IMG/VR virus record: IMGVR_UViG_3300027721_000021
Span: 1 to 52,144 of that record
DNA from: a virus
Lineage: Duplodnaviria; Caudoviricetes
Reading direction: 5' to 3' (one strand)
Length of the DNA stretch: 52,144 bases
The position numbers were made by a program, and so were the translations under genes. Below, piece by piece: positions 35,278-43,221 of the stretch; positions within the stretch are counted from its first letter, which is position 1; every line of letters starts with the position of its first letter. Under the pieces are notes generated by a model that saw nothing but the letters and a program-made list of their open reading frames with translations, had not been told where the DNA came from and did no database searches.

Positions 35278-35496
35278 ATGGGTCGCATGTCCGAACTTGA
35301 TATCGAAATCCGCGAGCGCACTGCCGCACGGCAGGCTCCTGCGGAAATCGCAAAGGCTCTTAACATTCCCGCCCATTGGGTTGTGGAAATGATCGAAGAG
35401 AACGCTTACAACGATTATCTCAATCGTCGCGCCTCTGATGAATTCTTTGCCGAACAATCGGCTGACGCTGACGCGGAAATCTACGGCACCCGCTAA
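35278..35496 (+). CDS. Small HTH-like protein
   Basis: PAEIAKALNIPAHWV. Confidence 0.65.
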   Translation: MGRMSELDIEIRERTAARQAPAEIAKALNIPAHWVVEMIEENAYNDYLNRRASDEFFAEQSADADAEIYGTR

Positions 35497-35497
35497 T

Positions 35498-35848
35498 ATG
35501 AACAAGTACATGGATCAATCGCATCCTGACGCTTTTGTGGATCATCCTGTGATGCAACCGCATGGCGACCTGACCAAAATCTGCCCGACCTGTCACGGTC
35601 ACGGTGGATGGAATCTCCTGCTGAATCAGTATCCGCTGCCTGACGGCATGGCGAACACTCCGGAGAACCGTTCGAAGTTTTCGCACTTTCGCTGCCACTG
35701 TATGCATTGCAACGGTTGGGGCTACGTGCGCGAGACTGAGAATTGCCCCGGTCATGAGTGGGTGCACGTTCGCAACACCGGTCGCTGCCTGAACCTTTAC
35801 CGTTGCTCTGTCTGCGGTAAGGAATGGGAAATCGACTCTTCGGATTGA
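35498..35848 (+). CDS. Zinc-finger protein (DnaJ-type CxxCxGxG repeats)
   Basis: CPTCHGHG, CMHCNGWG, C.GH...CSVCG. Confidence 0.7.
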   Translation: MNKYMDQSHPDAFVDHPVMQPHGDLTKICPTCHGHGGWNLLLNQYPLPDGMANTPENRSKFSHFRCHCMHCNGWGYVRETENCPGHEWVHVRNTGRCLNLYRCSVCGKEWEIDSSD

Positions 35849-35850
35849 TC

Positions 35851-35994
35851 ATGAAACTCTTCGCTTATTACCTCGGCTTCCTTGTCGGTATCTACCGTCG
35901 CAACATGCGCCGCCTCGCGTATCACTACGAAGATGGGATTGGCGCGGCTGACGCGGAAACCCGACTCAACACTCTCATGCGTAGGAGCATGTAA
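35851..35994 (+). CDS. Small hypothetical protein (47 aa; not in track)
   Basis: MKLFAYYLGFLVGIYRR...; TAATG coupling to the next ORF. Confidence 0.55.
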   Translation: MKLFAYYLGFLVGIYRRNMRRLAYHYEDGIGAADAETRLNTLMRRSM

Positions 35995-36200
35995 TGTCTT
36001 TTGCACCGATGGTTCGCACTACGGAATTTGGTCCGTTTGCCGGTAACGGCTTGCGGTTTGCCACTCCTGCCGAAGCGCAGATGTGGCTTGATGATTTGAT
36101 GTGCCGTTGGTTTGCGGTCACGGATACTCGCGTGGATGAATCCACGGACCCTGTGAACTACCGCACGGTTGACGGTCGAACTCTGGAAGAGGTATCGTGA
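35994..36200 (+). CDS. Hypothetical protein
   Basis: NGLRFAT..EA....DL..RW.AV..TRV.ES.DPVNY. Confidence 0.7.
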   Translation: MSFAPMVRTTEFGPFAGNGLRFATPAEAQMWLDDLMCRWFAVTDTRVDESTDPVNYRTVDGRTLEEVS

Positions 36201-36286
36201 TGGGTTGGCTTATTGGTATCGCGGTCTATATCGCGGTTGTTGTTCTTATCTGCCGTTTTGTGGGGTTCAATCGTTATGAAGACTAA
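36200..36286 (+). CDS. Small membrane peptide (28 aa; not in track)
   Basis: MGWLIGIAVYIAVVVLICRFVGFNRYED; TGATG coupling, GAGG RBS. Confidence 0.55.
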   Translation: MGWLIGIAVYIAVVVLICRFVGFNRYED

Positions 36287-36518
36287 TGATCTTCGCAAGG
36301 GTGTGCGTGTCCAGTTGCGCAACGGATGGTTCGCCACCGTCGCGGACAACGCTCGTGGCAACATCCGCATGTGTGACGTAGAAGGCGTGTACCGTGAAAT
36401 CGGTTCTGTCTACTCGCACGATATCATCCGTGCGCAGTATGAAGGTGTCTGGCAGGACGTAGAGCATACGCCTGCACAGGTCAAGCTGCGCGAACAGGTC
36501 GAAGGTTTCTTCGCATGA
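36276..36518 (+). CDS. Hypothetical protein (SH3-like beta fold probable)
   Basis: MKTNDLRKG.RVQLRNGW...DNARGNIR...EIGSVYSHDI. Confidence 0.7.
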   Translation: MKTNDLRKGVRVQLRNGWFATVADNARGNIRMCDVEGVYREIGSVYSHDIIRAQYEGVWQDVEHTPAQVKLREQVEGFFA

Positions 36519-36607
36519 TCGCAAAGATTTGGGATTCAATCGTCGGGCATTTCTACATCCTTCTGGTGTGGGTGCTTGACATGGTGTGTGGACCGGCAGA
36601 TGAATAA
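36515..36607 (+). CDS. Small hydrophobic peptide (30 aa; not in track)
   Basis: MIAKIWDSIVGHFYILLVWVLDMVCGPADE; ATGA overlap. Confidence 0.45.
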   Translation: MIAKIWDSIVGHFYILLVWVLDMVCGPADE

Positions 36608-36839
36608 CACTCGCGAATACGTTCCAGACGACGGCGGCGATTCCCTGATTCCGATTAAGGAATGGGAAGAGTGCTGCGCCAATGGAATGTTCATCGACTA
36701 CGATGGTTTCGGCTACTTTGTCAATCTGGACAACGTGACCGAACTCTACGGCTTCGACGTTTACCCGTCCATGATTGGCAGCGCAGCCTACGAGCAGCGC
36801 AAGGTCAACTGGACTCATATCAACTGGTTCAATCGCTGA
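36600..36839 (+). CDS. Hypothetical protein
   Basis: FIDYDGFG...THINWFNR. Confidence 0.65.
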   Translation: MNNTREYVPDDGGDSLIPIKEWEECCANGMFIDYDGFGYFVNLDNVTELYGFDVYPSMIGSAAYEQRKVNWTHINWFNR

Positions 36840-36853
36840 GTTGACTAGATATT

Positions 36854-37039
36854 ATGGATTCGGAAGAAATGAGCCTTGATGCCGTCTACCGTCTTAACAA
36901 GACGTATTACGCGATGGGCATCGTGATCGAAGTGGAGAAGGTCTACTTTCCGAATACGCATACGATGTTGGAATCTATCGTCATGTCGTCCGCACCAAAG
37001 GTTCCGCAATATCATTTTGAGGACGACTACAATGCGTAA
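36854..37039 (+). CDS. Hypothetical protein
   Basis: 61-aa ORF in operon. Confidence 0.5.
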   Translation: MDSEEMSLDAVYRLNKTYYAMGIVIEVEKVYFPNTHTMLESIVMSSAPKVPQYHFEDDYNA

Positions 37040-37364
37040 ATTTCTAATTGGATTGGTGGCTCTACTCTTCACTTCCCCGGCATTCGCATCCCTCGACCAT
37101 TGGACATGCTCCAACGATACGACCGTCATGTTCATGGTGCTGAATACCGACGAGGGTAGCTTCCACCTGTGGGATGACAAGGGTGCATTCCTCGCGAGCG
37201 CAAAGTTCACCGAAAGGTCTGAGACTAAGGACGGTATTCCATTCGCTGCCGCAGAGTTGGAGAATGGTGTTATGATCGGCATTGCGAAGACCAGTGACAA
37301 CAAAATGATTCTCGCGATTGCCGGTAGCGACACTAAGAAGGCAGCAAGGTTCCTCTGTCAGTAA
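37032..37364 (+). CDS. Secreted/periplasmic protein with signal peptide
   Basis: MRKFLIGLVALLFTSPAFA signal; two Cys at opposite ends of the mature domain; GAGG RBS. Confidence 0.75.
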   Translation: MRKFLIGLVALLFTSPAFASLDHWTCSNDTTVMFMVLNTDEGSFHLWDDKGAFLASAKFTERSETKDGIPFAAAELENGVMIGIAKTSDNKMILAIAGSDTKKAARFLCQ

Positions 37365-37374
37365 CAGGATTAGT

Positions 37375-37722
37375 ATGACTCCCAAGAAAGTGAAAACGGT
37401 CTGCATTCCGCTAGACCCTGACGATTGCGGCAGTGTGATCCACGGCTACGTCCGGTTCCCTGAGTTGTATCAGAGGAACCACGGACAAAAGCTATGGGAC
37501 ATTGAATTCAGTGCGTCCGTTTCACTTTCGGATTGCAACCGGGTGATTCAATGGGCAATGACCGAGAGCGACGAATTCAACCTCGCGAAACTCGACACGG
37601 CAATCGCTGCGCTCACCGACCTTCGCAAGTACATGGCAGAAGCCAACGCCGAAATCAAGAAAATGGAAAAGGAACGGCGCAAGCTCAACAAAGCCATTGA
37701 CCCGAACTGGAACGAAGACTAA
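37375..37722 (+). CDS. Hypothetical protein
   Basis: AGGA RBS; LSDCNR motif and coiled-coil C-terminus. Confidence 0.65.
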   Translation: MTPKKVKTVCIPLDPDDCGSVIHGYVRFPELYQRNHGQKLWDIEFSASVSLSDCNRVIQWAMTESDEFNLAKLDTAIAALTDLRKYMAEANAEIKKMEKERRKLNKAIDPNWNED

Positions 37723-37734
37723 TTGGAGTTAGTC

Positions 37735-37947
37735 ATGTATCATGTGAAAAGCTACAACCCGCAACCCCGGATCATCTTCGATCCGGCATCCCATCAACAT
37801 CGACTTGCTTATTCTCTCTTTTTGAAGTATAATGGATGGAAAGGTGGATGCCCGTTTCTCTTAGAAGAGCCGTATGGGGATATCCCTGCGATGATCAACG
37901 CTAAGATCGCGGAGCATTCACTAAGACCTCTTATGGATTTGGTATGA
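37735..37947 (+). CDS. Hypothetical protein
   Basis: GGAG RBS; FDP....HR..Y..FL....W..GCPF.LEEPY. Confidence 0.65.
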   Translation: MYHVKSYNPQPRIIFDPASHQHRLAYSLFLKYNGWKGGCPFLLEEPYGDIPAMINAKIAEHSLRPLMDLV

Positions 37948-38183
37948 CTACTGAATTTGAACACAAGACCGGACAAGAGTTTCAGTCCATCTATGAACTG
38001 ATTCGCGAACTCTCGGAGCGCGTGGACTTCCTTGAGCGGGAACTGGACGATGCGCAGGAAACGATTCGCGAGCATGAAGTCACCATTGGGCAGCATCAGG
38101 AAGAACTGAATGCGTTCCGCATGGAGATTGACGAACTCGCTGCCGAAGTTGAAACTGTTTTGAGTGACCCTGCACATGAATAA
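37944..38183 (+). CDS. Acidic coiled-coil protein
   Basis: Heptad-rich 79-aa ORF. Confidence 0.65.
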   Translation: MTTEFEHKTGQEFQSIYELIRELSERVDFLERELDDAQETIREHEVTIGQHQEELNAFRMEIDELAAEVETVLSDPAHE

Positions 38184-38694
38184 AAATCCCTGCGGCGAAA
38201 TCACCCTAGGTCAAACGACCGTGTGTACTCTTCCTTATCCGGAAGAACTGCGCTGCTACACGTTCACGCTAGTCCAACTGAACACGATGCAGCAGGGCAT
38301 TCAGGCTGCGCACGCGGCTATTGAACTAGGCATGAAGGCTTACAAGCGGCAGATGCGCGAGAATAACCTTGCGGACTTCCGGCTGTATCATGAGTGGGCA
38401 ACCGAATGGAAGACCCTAATCATGCTCAATGGTGGCGATGCCACGGAACTTCAACTTCTGGAAGACTTCTTCTACGATTCTCAGAACACGCTGCCTTGGG
38501 CAGCATTCTATGAAGACGGCTCGTTCTACAATGCGCTGACTTCGGTAGCCATCATCATCCCGGCACGTATCTTCATTTCGGCAGAAGAACTCCGTAAGGG
38601 CAAGCCGGTCATGTCGCTCGACTACCCCGACTCCTACTCGGATTGGGAACTGGAACTCATTAACCGACTGTCTAACGCAAGGCGAGCAGTATGA
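38176..38694 (+). CDS. Peptidyl-tRNA hydrolase II (PTH2)-like phage protein
   Basis: QQGIQAAHAAIEL, W...WKTLIMLNGG, AF.E, LTSVA. Confidence 0.6.
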   Translation: MNKNPCGEITLGQTTVCTLPYPEELRCYTFTLVQLNTMQQGIQAAHAAIELGMKAYKRQMRENNLADFRLYHEWATEWKTLIMLNGGDATELQLLEDFFYDSQNTLPWAAFYEDGSFYNALTSVAIIIPARIFISAEELRKGKPVMSLDYPDSYSDWELELINRLSNARRAV

Positions 38695-38963
38695 GCATCA
38701 AAGAAACTAAATGGTCTGGTGGTGGACGCTTCCACCTAGTCGAACACTCAAGCGACAAGCTTGTGGATGCGCTAGGCAAGCCGCTCAGTGTGGGCGACCT
38801 AGTGCTACGTGCTGTGACCTTCGGCAGAAGCGCGGGACTGGAATTCACCAGTATTCGCGAAATCAAGAATGGGCGGGTGTACCTCGCCACAAGCAAGGTG
38901 CCGGTGAACTATCCGTCACGGCTTCTAATTGTCAACGACATGTTCCCTGACGGGTATAAATAA
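38691..38963 (+). CDS. Hypothetical protein
   Basis: DALGKPLSVGDLV SH3/KOW-like start. Confidence 0.65.
   Translation: MSIKETKWSGGGRFHLVEHSSDKLVDALGKPLSVGDLVLRAVTFGRSAGLEFTSIREIKNGRVYLATSKVPVNYPSRLLIVNDMFPDGYK
38955..38962 (+). promoter_or_regulatory. Exact T4 late promoter TATAAATA
   Basis: Overlaps the stop codon, 28 nt before the ATG at 38991. Confidence 0.75.
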
Positions 38964-38990
38964 GGCACCAACCCTAACAGGAACAGAACC

Positions 38991-39188
38991 ATGCTACCAG
39001 AATCACGCAAAGCACTAGAATATCTCCATGGGCTGAAAAAGGCACCTACGGTCGATACCTTCAAGAAGGAATTTGAGCCGAACGGAGACTTCATTCTCAA
39101 CAGCATTCTTGAATCTCATGTTGACGTAGTGAAGGGTAAGGTAGTCCTAAACGAGAACGGTGTGAGATTCGCAACAGGAGTGAATTGA
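38991..39188 (+). CDS. Small late hypothetical protein
   Basis: Late promoter and AGGA RBS. Confidence 0.6.
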   Translation: MLPESRKALEYLHGLKKAPTVDTFKKEFEPNGDFILNSILESHVDVVKGKVVLNENGVRFATGVN

Positions 39189-39190
39189 TT

Positions 39191-39631
39191 ATGGCTGACC
39201 AATTTGATCTAGAACAGGGCATCATGGGATGTTGGCATGTTACCGACGACCTTGACGTACTCTTTGAAGAACTGGTGGAGAATGATCACTTCACGAAGGA
39301 TCAGGCTTCCAACTTTGTCCTAGGTCTATCCACGATATATCAGGCTAAGTTCGACAAACTGTTCCGCACGTTCGAAGACTTCCTCAAGCAGTATTACACG
39401 ATTAGCAAGGAACTCAAGCGCACGCAGGCTCAGTTGTTCGATGCCAACGAAGAACTCGCTGCGATGGAAGAGGCGAATGAACTCGCAGCCGATGCTTCCC
39501 TCTCTTCGAAGTCTCTGGAAGAACTCTTTCTGGAAGAAGAGGAAAAGTCCTACGAAGATATGATGGAAGAGAACAACCGTCTTGACTTCATGATGGAAGA
39601 CGAGAACGGCTACTTCATCTTCCCGAAGTAA
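39191..39631 (+). CDS. Conserved phage hypothetical protein with acidic tail
   Basis: DQFDLEQ.IM.CW.VTDD; AGGAG RBS. Confidence 0.7.
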   Translation: MADQFDLEQGIMGCWHVTDDLDVLFEELVENDHFTKDQASNFVLGLSTIYQAKFDKLFRTFEDFLKQYYTISKELKRTQAQLFDANEELAAMEEANELAADASLSSKSLEELFLEEEEKSYEDMMEENNRLDFMMEDENGYFIFPK

Positions 39632-39635
39632 TACC

Positions 39636-39890
39636 ATGAACGAGAAATTCCGAGAAATGATCCACAAGCTCGCAGCCGACTGCGGGATGACGGACATGGA
39701 AGCAGCCGAGAAATTTGCTGTAACTCTCGGACAGCGATGGATGGGAATCAACACCCCATTCATCTGCGGCGGCAGCGAAGAGGTAGACGCGATGGGTCTT
39801 CCTAAGATGATAACAGTCTGCCCCGCATACGGACTAGACGGATTCGCAATCTACCACAAGACTTCGGAGTACAGTGCGCCAAGTTACTAA
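39636..39890 (+). CDS. Hypothetical protein
   Basis: FICG...D.MGLP..I.VCPAYG.DG. Confidence 0.65.
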   Translation: MNEKFREMIHKLAADCGMTDMEAAEKFAVTLGQRWMGINTPFICGGSEEVDAMGLPKMITVCPAYGLDGFAIYHKTSEYSAPSY

Positions 39891-40089
39891 CGGAACAGGG
39901 ACTCCCTGTGTAAGAATCTGTAAGATGGACAGCCAGAGCAACCTTTGCTCTGGCTGTTTTCGCACGCTTGGGGAAATTGGAAACTGGCTCAGATACACCG
40001 AAGAACAGAGAGCCTACATATGTAAAATGGTCGAACTAAGAAGGGAATTGCTATGTCAGACAAACGAGGATTCGATTACGGGAAGCTAA
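39874..40089 (+). CDS. DUF1289-like Cys-rich protein
   Basis: TPCVRICKMD....CSGCFRTLGEI..W. Confidence 0.75.
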   Translation: MRQVTNGTGTPCVRICKMDSQSNLCSGCFRTLGEIGNWLRYTEEQRAYICKMVELRRELLCQTNEDSITGS

Positions 40090-40730
40090 TGATGGCTGTG
40101 ATCATCGTGATCATTGCTTACTTCGCTTTCGCTATCTCAGACGCATTCGCTGCCGGTGAAAATTGGGCAGACCTATCATGGGTTGCGCCAACTCAATCGC
40201 TTACGGGCGAACGCAACGCTCAAGGGCAGTGTATCACTGTTCCAATACCCGCGACGGGACCAGAAGCCCTCGCGGGTTTTCGCATTGTGTACAACACTAG
40301 CCTCGCAGCACTAAATCTCCCGCCGCCAGACCTCGACTGCGGTAAGACGAAGTATCCTGACCCGACCGGCGTGGTCATCAACATCAATGACCCTGCGGCG
40401 CGAGCAGCCCGTATCTCACCCCTGACCAACGGCACATACTACTTCATGATCGCTGCGGTCAATCAAGCCGGTGCCATTAGTTTCTTCACCGGTCCCGGCG
40501 AGAAGACCATCAGCGTCACGACTTCTTTCTCTACTATCGCAGCCCCGGTCTACAACGTGGTCAAGAAGAACAACGGATTCGTTCTGGTTCAGATGGGAAC
40601 CGTTCCACTAAATACTCCATGCGATAAGAATCACAGTACGAATGGACATTATGCCGTTCCTACTTCGCTTGTCGCATGGTCCGGAACGGCACGATCTATC
40701 GTAGTGGTGGCACAATGTACGGAACACTAA
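40053..40730 (+). CDS. Exported fibronectin type III-like protein
   Basis: N-term hydrophobic signal ending AFA; ADLSWVAPT, LAGFRIVY, LTNGTYYFMIAAVN..G. Confidence 0.75.
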   Translation: MSDKRGFDYGKLMMAVIIVIIAYFAFAISDAFAAGENWADLSWVAPTQSLTGERNAQGQCITVPIPATGPEALAGFRIVYNTSLAALNLPPPDLDCGKTKYPDPTGVVININDPAARAARISPLTNGTYYFMIAAVNQAGAISFFTGPGEKTISVTTSFSTIAAPVYNVVKKNNGFVLVQMGTVPLNTPCDKNHSTNGHYAVPTSLVAWSGTARSIVVVAQCTEH

Positions 40731-40852
40731 TCACAATTTCAGTCATCGTATTACTCATTCTGGCAGCTATTTGGTGGAAGCGCAGAAACGGGAAGGGTAA
40801 AGCAGATCCACCTTCACAACTAAAGGAACTAAACACATGGCACGAAACCTAA
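40715..40852 (+). CDS. Small single-pass membrane protein (45 aa; not in track)
   Basis: MYGTLITISVIVLLILAAIWWKRR...; late-promoter-like ACTAAATA at 40607. Confidence 0.55.
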   Translation: MYGTLITISVIVLLILAAIWWKRRNGKGKADPPSQLKELNTWHET

Positions 40853-41142
40853 ACGTCAGTTGGGTACTCCCAACGACCCGCGAAAGCACTAAGCCTCTTG
40901 ACCCTGCGGATATCGCAAGCGTCGAGATTTCCCTGTCCGTAGACAACGTGAACTGGTCACTTTACGACACATTCCCAAAGGAAGTCCTATCCACCGTCAT
41001 TCCAGAACTGGAAATCGGTGAGTGGTTCGTTCAGGGCGTGGTTGTGGACACCGCAGGCAAGCGCAGCAAGCCGAAGGTTGGTTCCAAGGTTGTTCCTGAC
41101 GACACCGCACCGGGAACTTTGGAGTTGACTCTTTCGTTCTGA
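40837..41142 (+). CDS. Single FN3/Ig-like domain protein
   Basis: VSWVLPTTR, LE.GEWFV..VVVDTAG.RS. Confidence 0.7.
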   Translation: MARNLNVSWVLPTTRESTKPLDPADIASVEISLSVDNVNWSLYDTFPKEVLSTVIPELEIGEWFVQGVVVDTAGKRSKPKVGSKVVPDDTAPGTLELTLSF

Positions 41143-41153
41143 TCATGTATAAT
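41125..41153 (+). promoter_or_regulatory. sigma70 promoter
   Basis: TTGACT-17-TATAAT. Confidence 0.8.
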
Positions 41154-41188
41154 GGGGTGGGTGTGCAATGCGCCCACCCCGTTTGTTA
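41154..41188 (+). terminator. GC-rich hairpin, probable terminator of the FN3 transcript
   Basis: GGGGTGGGTGT-GCAAT-GCGCCCACCCC followed by GTTTGTT. Confidence 0.6.
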
Positions 41189-41200
41189 TGGAGAATCATC

Positions 41201-41290
41201 ATGCCTGCAAAAGTTGGATTGAAGAGAAACGGAAAAGGACGAGCAAAGCTCGGTTCTAAGAAGCGTAAGTCCCGCAACAAAAAGAAGTAA
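41201..41290 (+). CDS. 29-aa highly basic peptide (not in track)
   Basis: MPAKVGLKRNGKGRAKLGSKKRKSRNKKK; GGAG RBS; own promoter. Confidence 0.7.
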   Translation: MPAKVGLKRNGKGRAKLGSKKRKSRNKKK

Positions 41291-41824
41291 ATGCTTCCTT
41301 CTCACCGGTATGTCATTGACACCTATCAATGTGTCAAGAAGATAGACCTTTCCCCACTTTTATGTTTTGTGGGTGGAGAGGTCGCTGACCATTTCAAGAA
41401 GTCATATTTTCCGACGCAATATAGGCTCTTGGCTCTGCTTTCGTATGAGTCTAAAAAGTCTATCCTCGACCTCGGAGGAAATATCGGCGCGACTGTCGCA
41501 CTTGCTCACAATACCAAAGGTAAGGTTGTTACGGGCAATAGGACAAATACTCCACTACCAGAGAACGTGGTTTTGGGTGTGGGCGATTGGTGGGATGGAT
41601 TAGCTAATACGGATTTCATTTATCTGTCTACCATCGACGCAAAGACTGCGGAAAAAGTAGATACGCACTTGCGCAAAGTCTCTTTCTGTGGTATCATGGT
41701 GTATGATAACATCCACGCGAATCAGGAAATGGAAGCGTGGTGGGTGACTTTGCCGTTTGAAGATAAGTACGATTTGACAATCATTGGAAATTATTATGGA
41801 ACAGGCTTGGTGAAGTATGAGTAA
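41291..41824 (+). CDS. Class I SAM methyltransferase-like protein (degenerate)
   Basis: YRLLALLS, ILDLGG, GIMVYDNIH, GTGLV. Confidence 0.55.
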   Translation: MLPSHRYVIDTYQCVKKIDLSPLLCFVGGEVADHFKKSYFPTQYRLLALLSYESKKSILDLGGNIGATVALAHNTKGKVVTGNRTNTPLPENVVLGVGDWWDGLANTDFIYLSTIDAKTAEKVDTHLRKVSFCGIMVYDNIHANQEMEAWWVTLPFEDKYDLTIIGNYYGTGLVKYE

Positions 41825-42581
41825 AGTAACTGTGATTACAGCCACGGTAGGCAATCCGTTGCTGCCGCATACCATCCGCTCTATCGCTAATCAGACTCAC
41901 AAAGACGTTCAGCACCTTCTGGTGGTGGATGGTGAAGATCATTGGCAGAAGGTCAGTGATATCGTCTATCAATTAGAACTAGAGAGTGTGGATCTTTCAA
42001 ACCTAGACGTTATCGCCATGCCGTACTCCATTGGCAAAGACCGATGGAACGGACACCGCATCTACGCAGCAGGCGCATTCCAAGCCGAAGGGCAGTTCAT
42101 CATCTATCTGGATGACGACAACTCCCTCGCACCGACACACATCGAAGACTGCCTCAAGGTCATCGAAGCAGGCAACGATTGGGCGTATTCATTCCGCAAC
42201 ATCGTAGACAAGGAGCATAAGTTCCTTTGCCGCGACGATTGCGAGAGCCTTGGCAAGTGGGCATCCGTCATGAGTCCGCAGGACTTCTTCATCGACGTAA
42301 ACTGCTACTTCATTCCGACTGCCATTGCCATCCATCTAGGACCGGCATGGTATCGCAAGTTCCGTGAGCCGGGAATGCCAGAAGTGGATCGCGTCCTCGC
42401 GCACACGCTCATGAACAACAATCTGAAATTCGATACCACTTATGGATACACAGTCAACTACACGGTGGGCAACACGCAGAATTCGGTACAGCCTGAGTTC
42501 TTTGAGCAGGGCAATGCAGAAATGCGCCGCCGCTTCCCCGATGGGCTACCTTGGAAAGTACAGGAGTTACCTCTTGAGTAA
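41817..42581 (+). CDS. Glycosyltransferase family 2
   Basis: VTVITAT, SIANQT, HLLVVDG, YLDDDN, IDVNCY. Confidence 0.85.
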   Translation: MSKVTVITATVGNPLLPHTIRSIANQTHKDVQHLLVVDGEDHWQKVSDIVYQLELESVDLSNLDVIAMPYSIGKDRWNGHRIYAAGAFQAEGQFIIYLDDDNSLAPTHIEDCLKVIEAGNDWAYSFRNIVDKEHKFLCRDDCESLGKWASVMSPQDFFIDVNCYFIPTAIAIHLGPAWYRKFREPGMPEVDRVLAHTLMNNNLKFDTTYGYTVNYTVGNTQNSVQPEFFEQGNAEMRRRFPDGLPWKVQELPLE

Positions 42582-43221
42582 TCGGTACATTGAACGAGTC
42601 GAAAAGGCTCTAGAAGCCGCTAATACCGGCACCACCAAACTGACCGATGCCGAGTTCGCTCTTGAGGGAATGTCTTCCCGCAAGAACCGTATCCTTATGA
42701 ACGAATTGGTAAAGGACGGCGACAGATACCTTGAGATTGGTGTGTGGCGAGGATCTACCTTTGTCGCAGCCCTCCATGGAAACAAGCCCGAATACGCAGT
42801 CGCAATCGACAACTTCTCACAGTTCGATAATGATGGGAAGAACTCCGAAAGGTTCAAGCGAGTGACGACCGAGAGGAACATCACCGACTTCACCCTACTG
42901 AATGCCGACTGTTTCAACGTCCCACCGAACCTAGAGAACTTGTTGTTAGGGCAAAACTTCAACGTCTACTTCTATGATGGTGGACACACAGAGCGGGATC
43001 AGTATCTCGCCCTTACCTATTACTACCCTACTCTGGCTGATCAATTCATCTTCATCGTAGATGATTGGAATTGGGAGCCGTCGAGGGTTGGAACCCGCCG
43101 TGCGATTGCCGACCTAAGCTTGAAGATTCACAAGGAATGGGAACTCTTCAACGAAGGTGGCGGCAACAAGGAACACTGGTGGAATGGACTTTACCTAGCA
43201 GTATGTGAGAAAGCAAAATGA
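42574..43221 (+). CDS. Class I SAM methyltransferase (Methyltransf_24-like)
   Basis: YLEIGVWRGST, IDNFSQF, YFYDGGH, IVDDWNW; TTG start after AGGAG. Confidence 0.85.
   Translation: MSNRYIERVEKALEAANTGTTKLTDAEFALEGMSSRKNRILMNELVKDGDRYLEIGVWRGSTFVAALHGNKPEYAVAIDNFSQFDNDGKNSERFKRVTTERNITDFTLLNADCFNVPPNLENLLLGQNFNVYFYDGGHTERDQYLALTYYYPTLADQFIFIVDDWNWEPSRVGTRRAIADLSLKIHKEWELFNEGGGNKEHWWNGLYLAVCEKAK

Noticed and set aside
40780-40840. -1 frameshift fusing the membrane peptide to the FN3 domain
   Set aside because: No in-frame X-XXY-YYZ slippery heptamer, and the FN3 ORF has its own AAGGA RBS.
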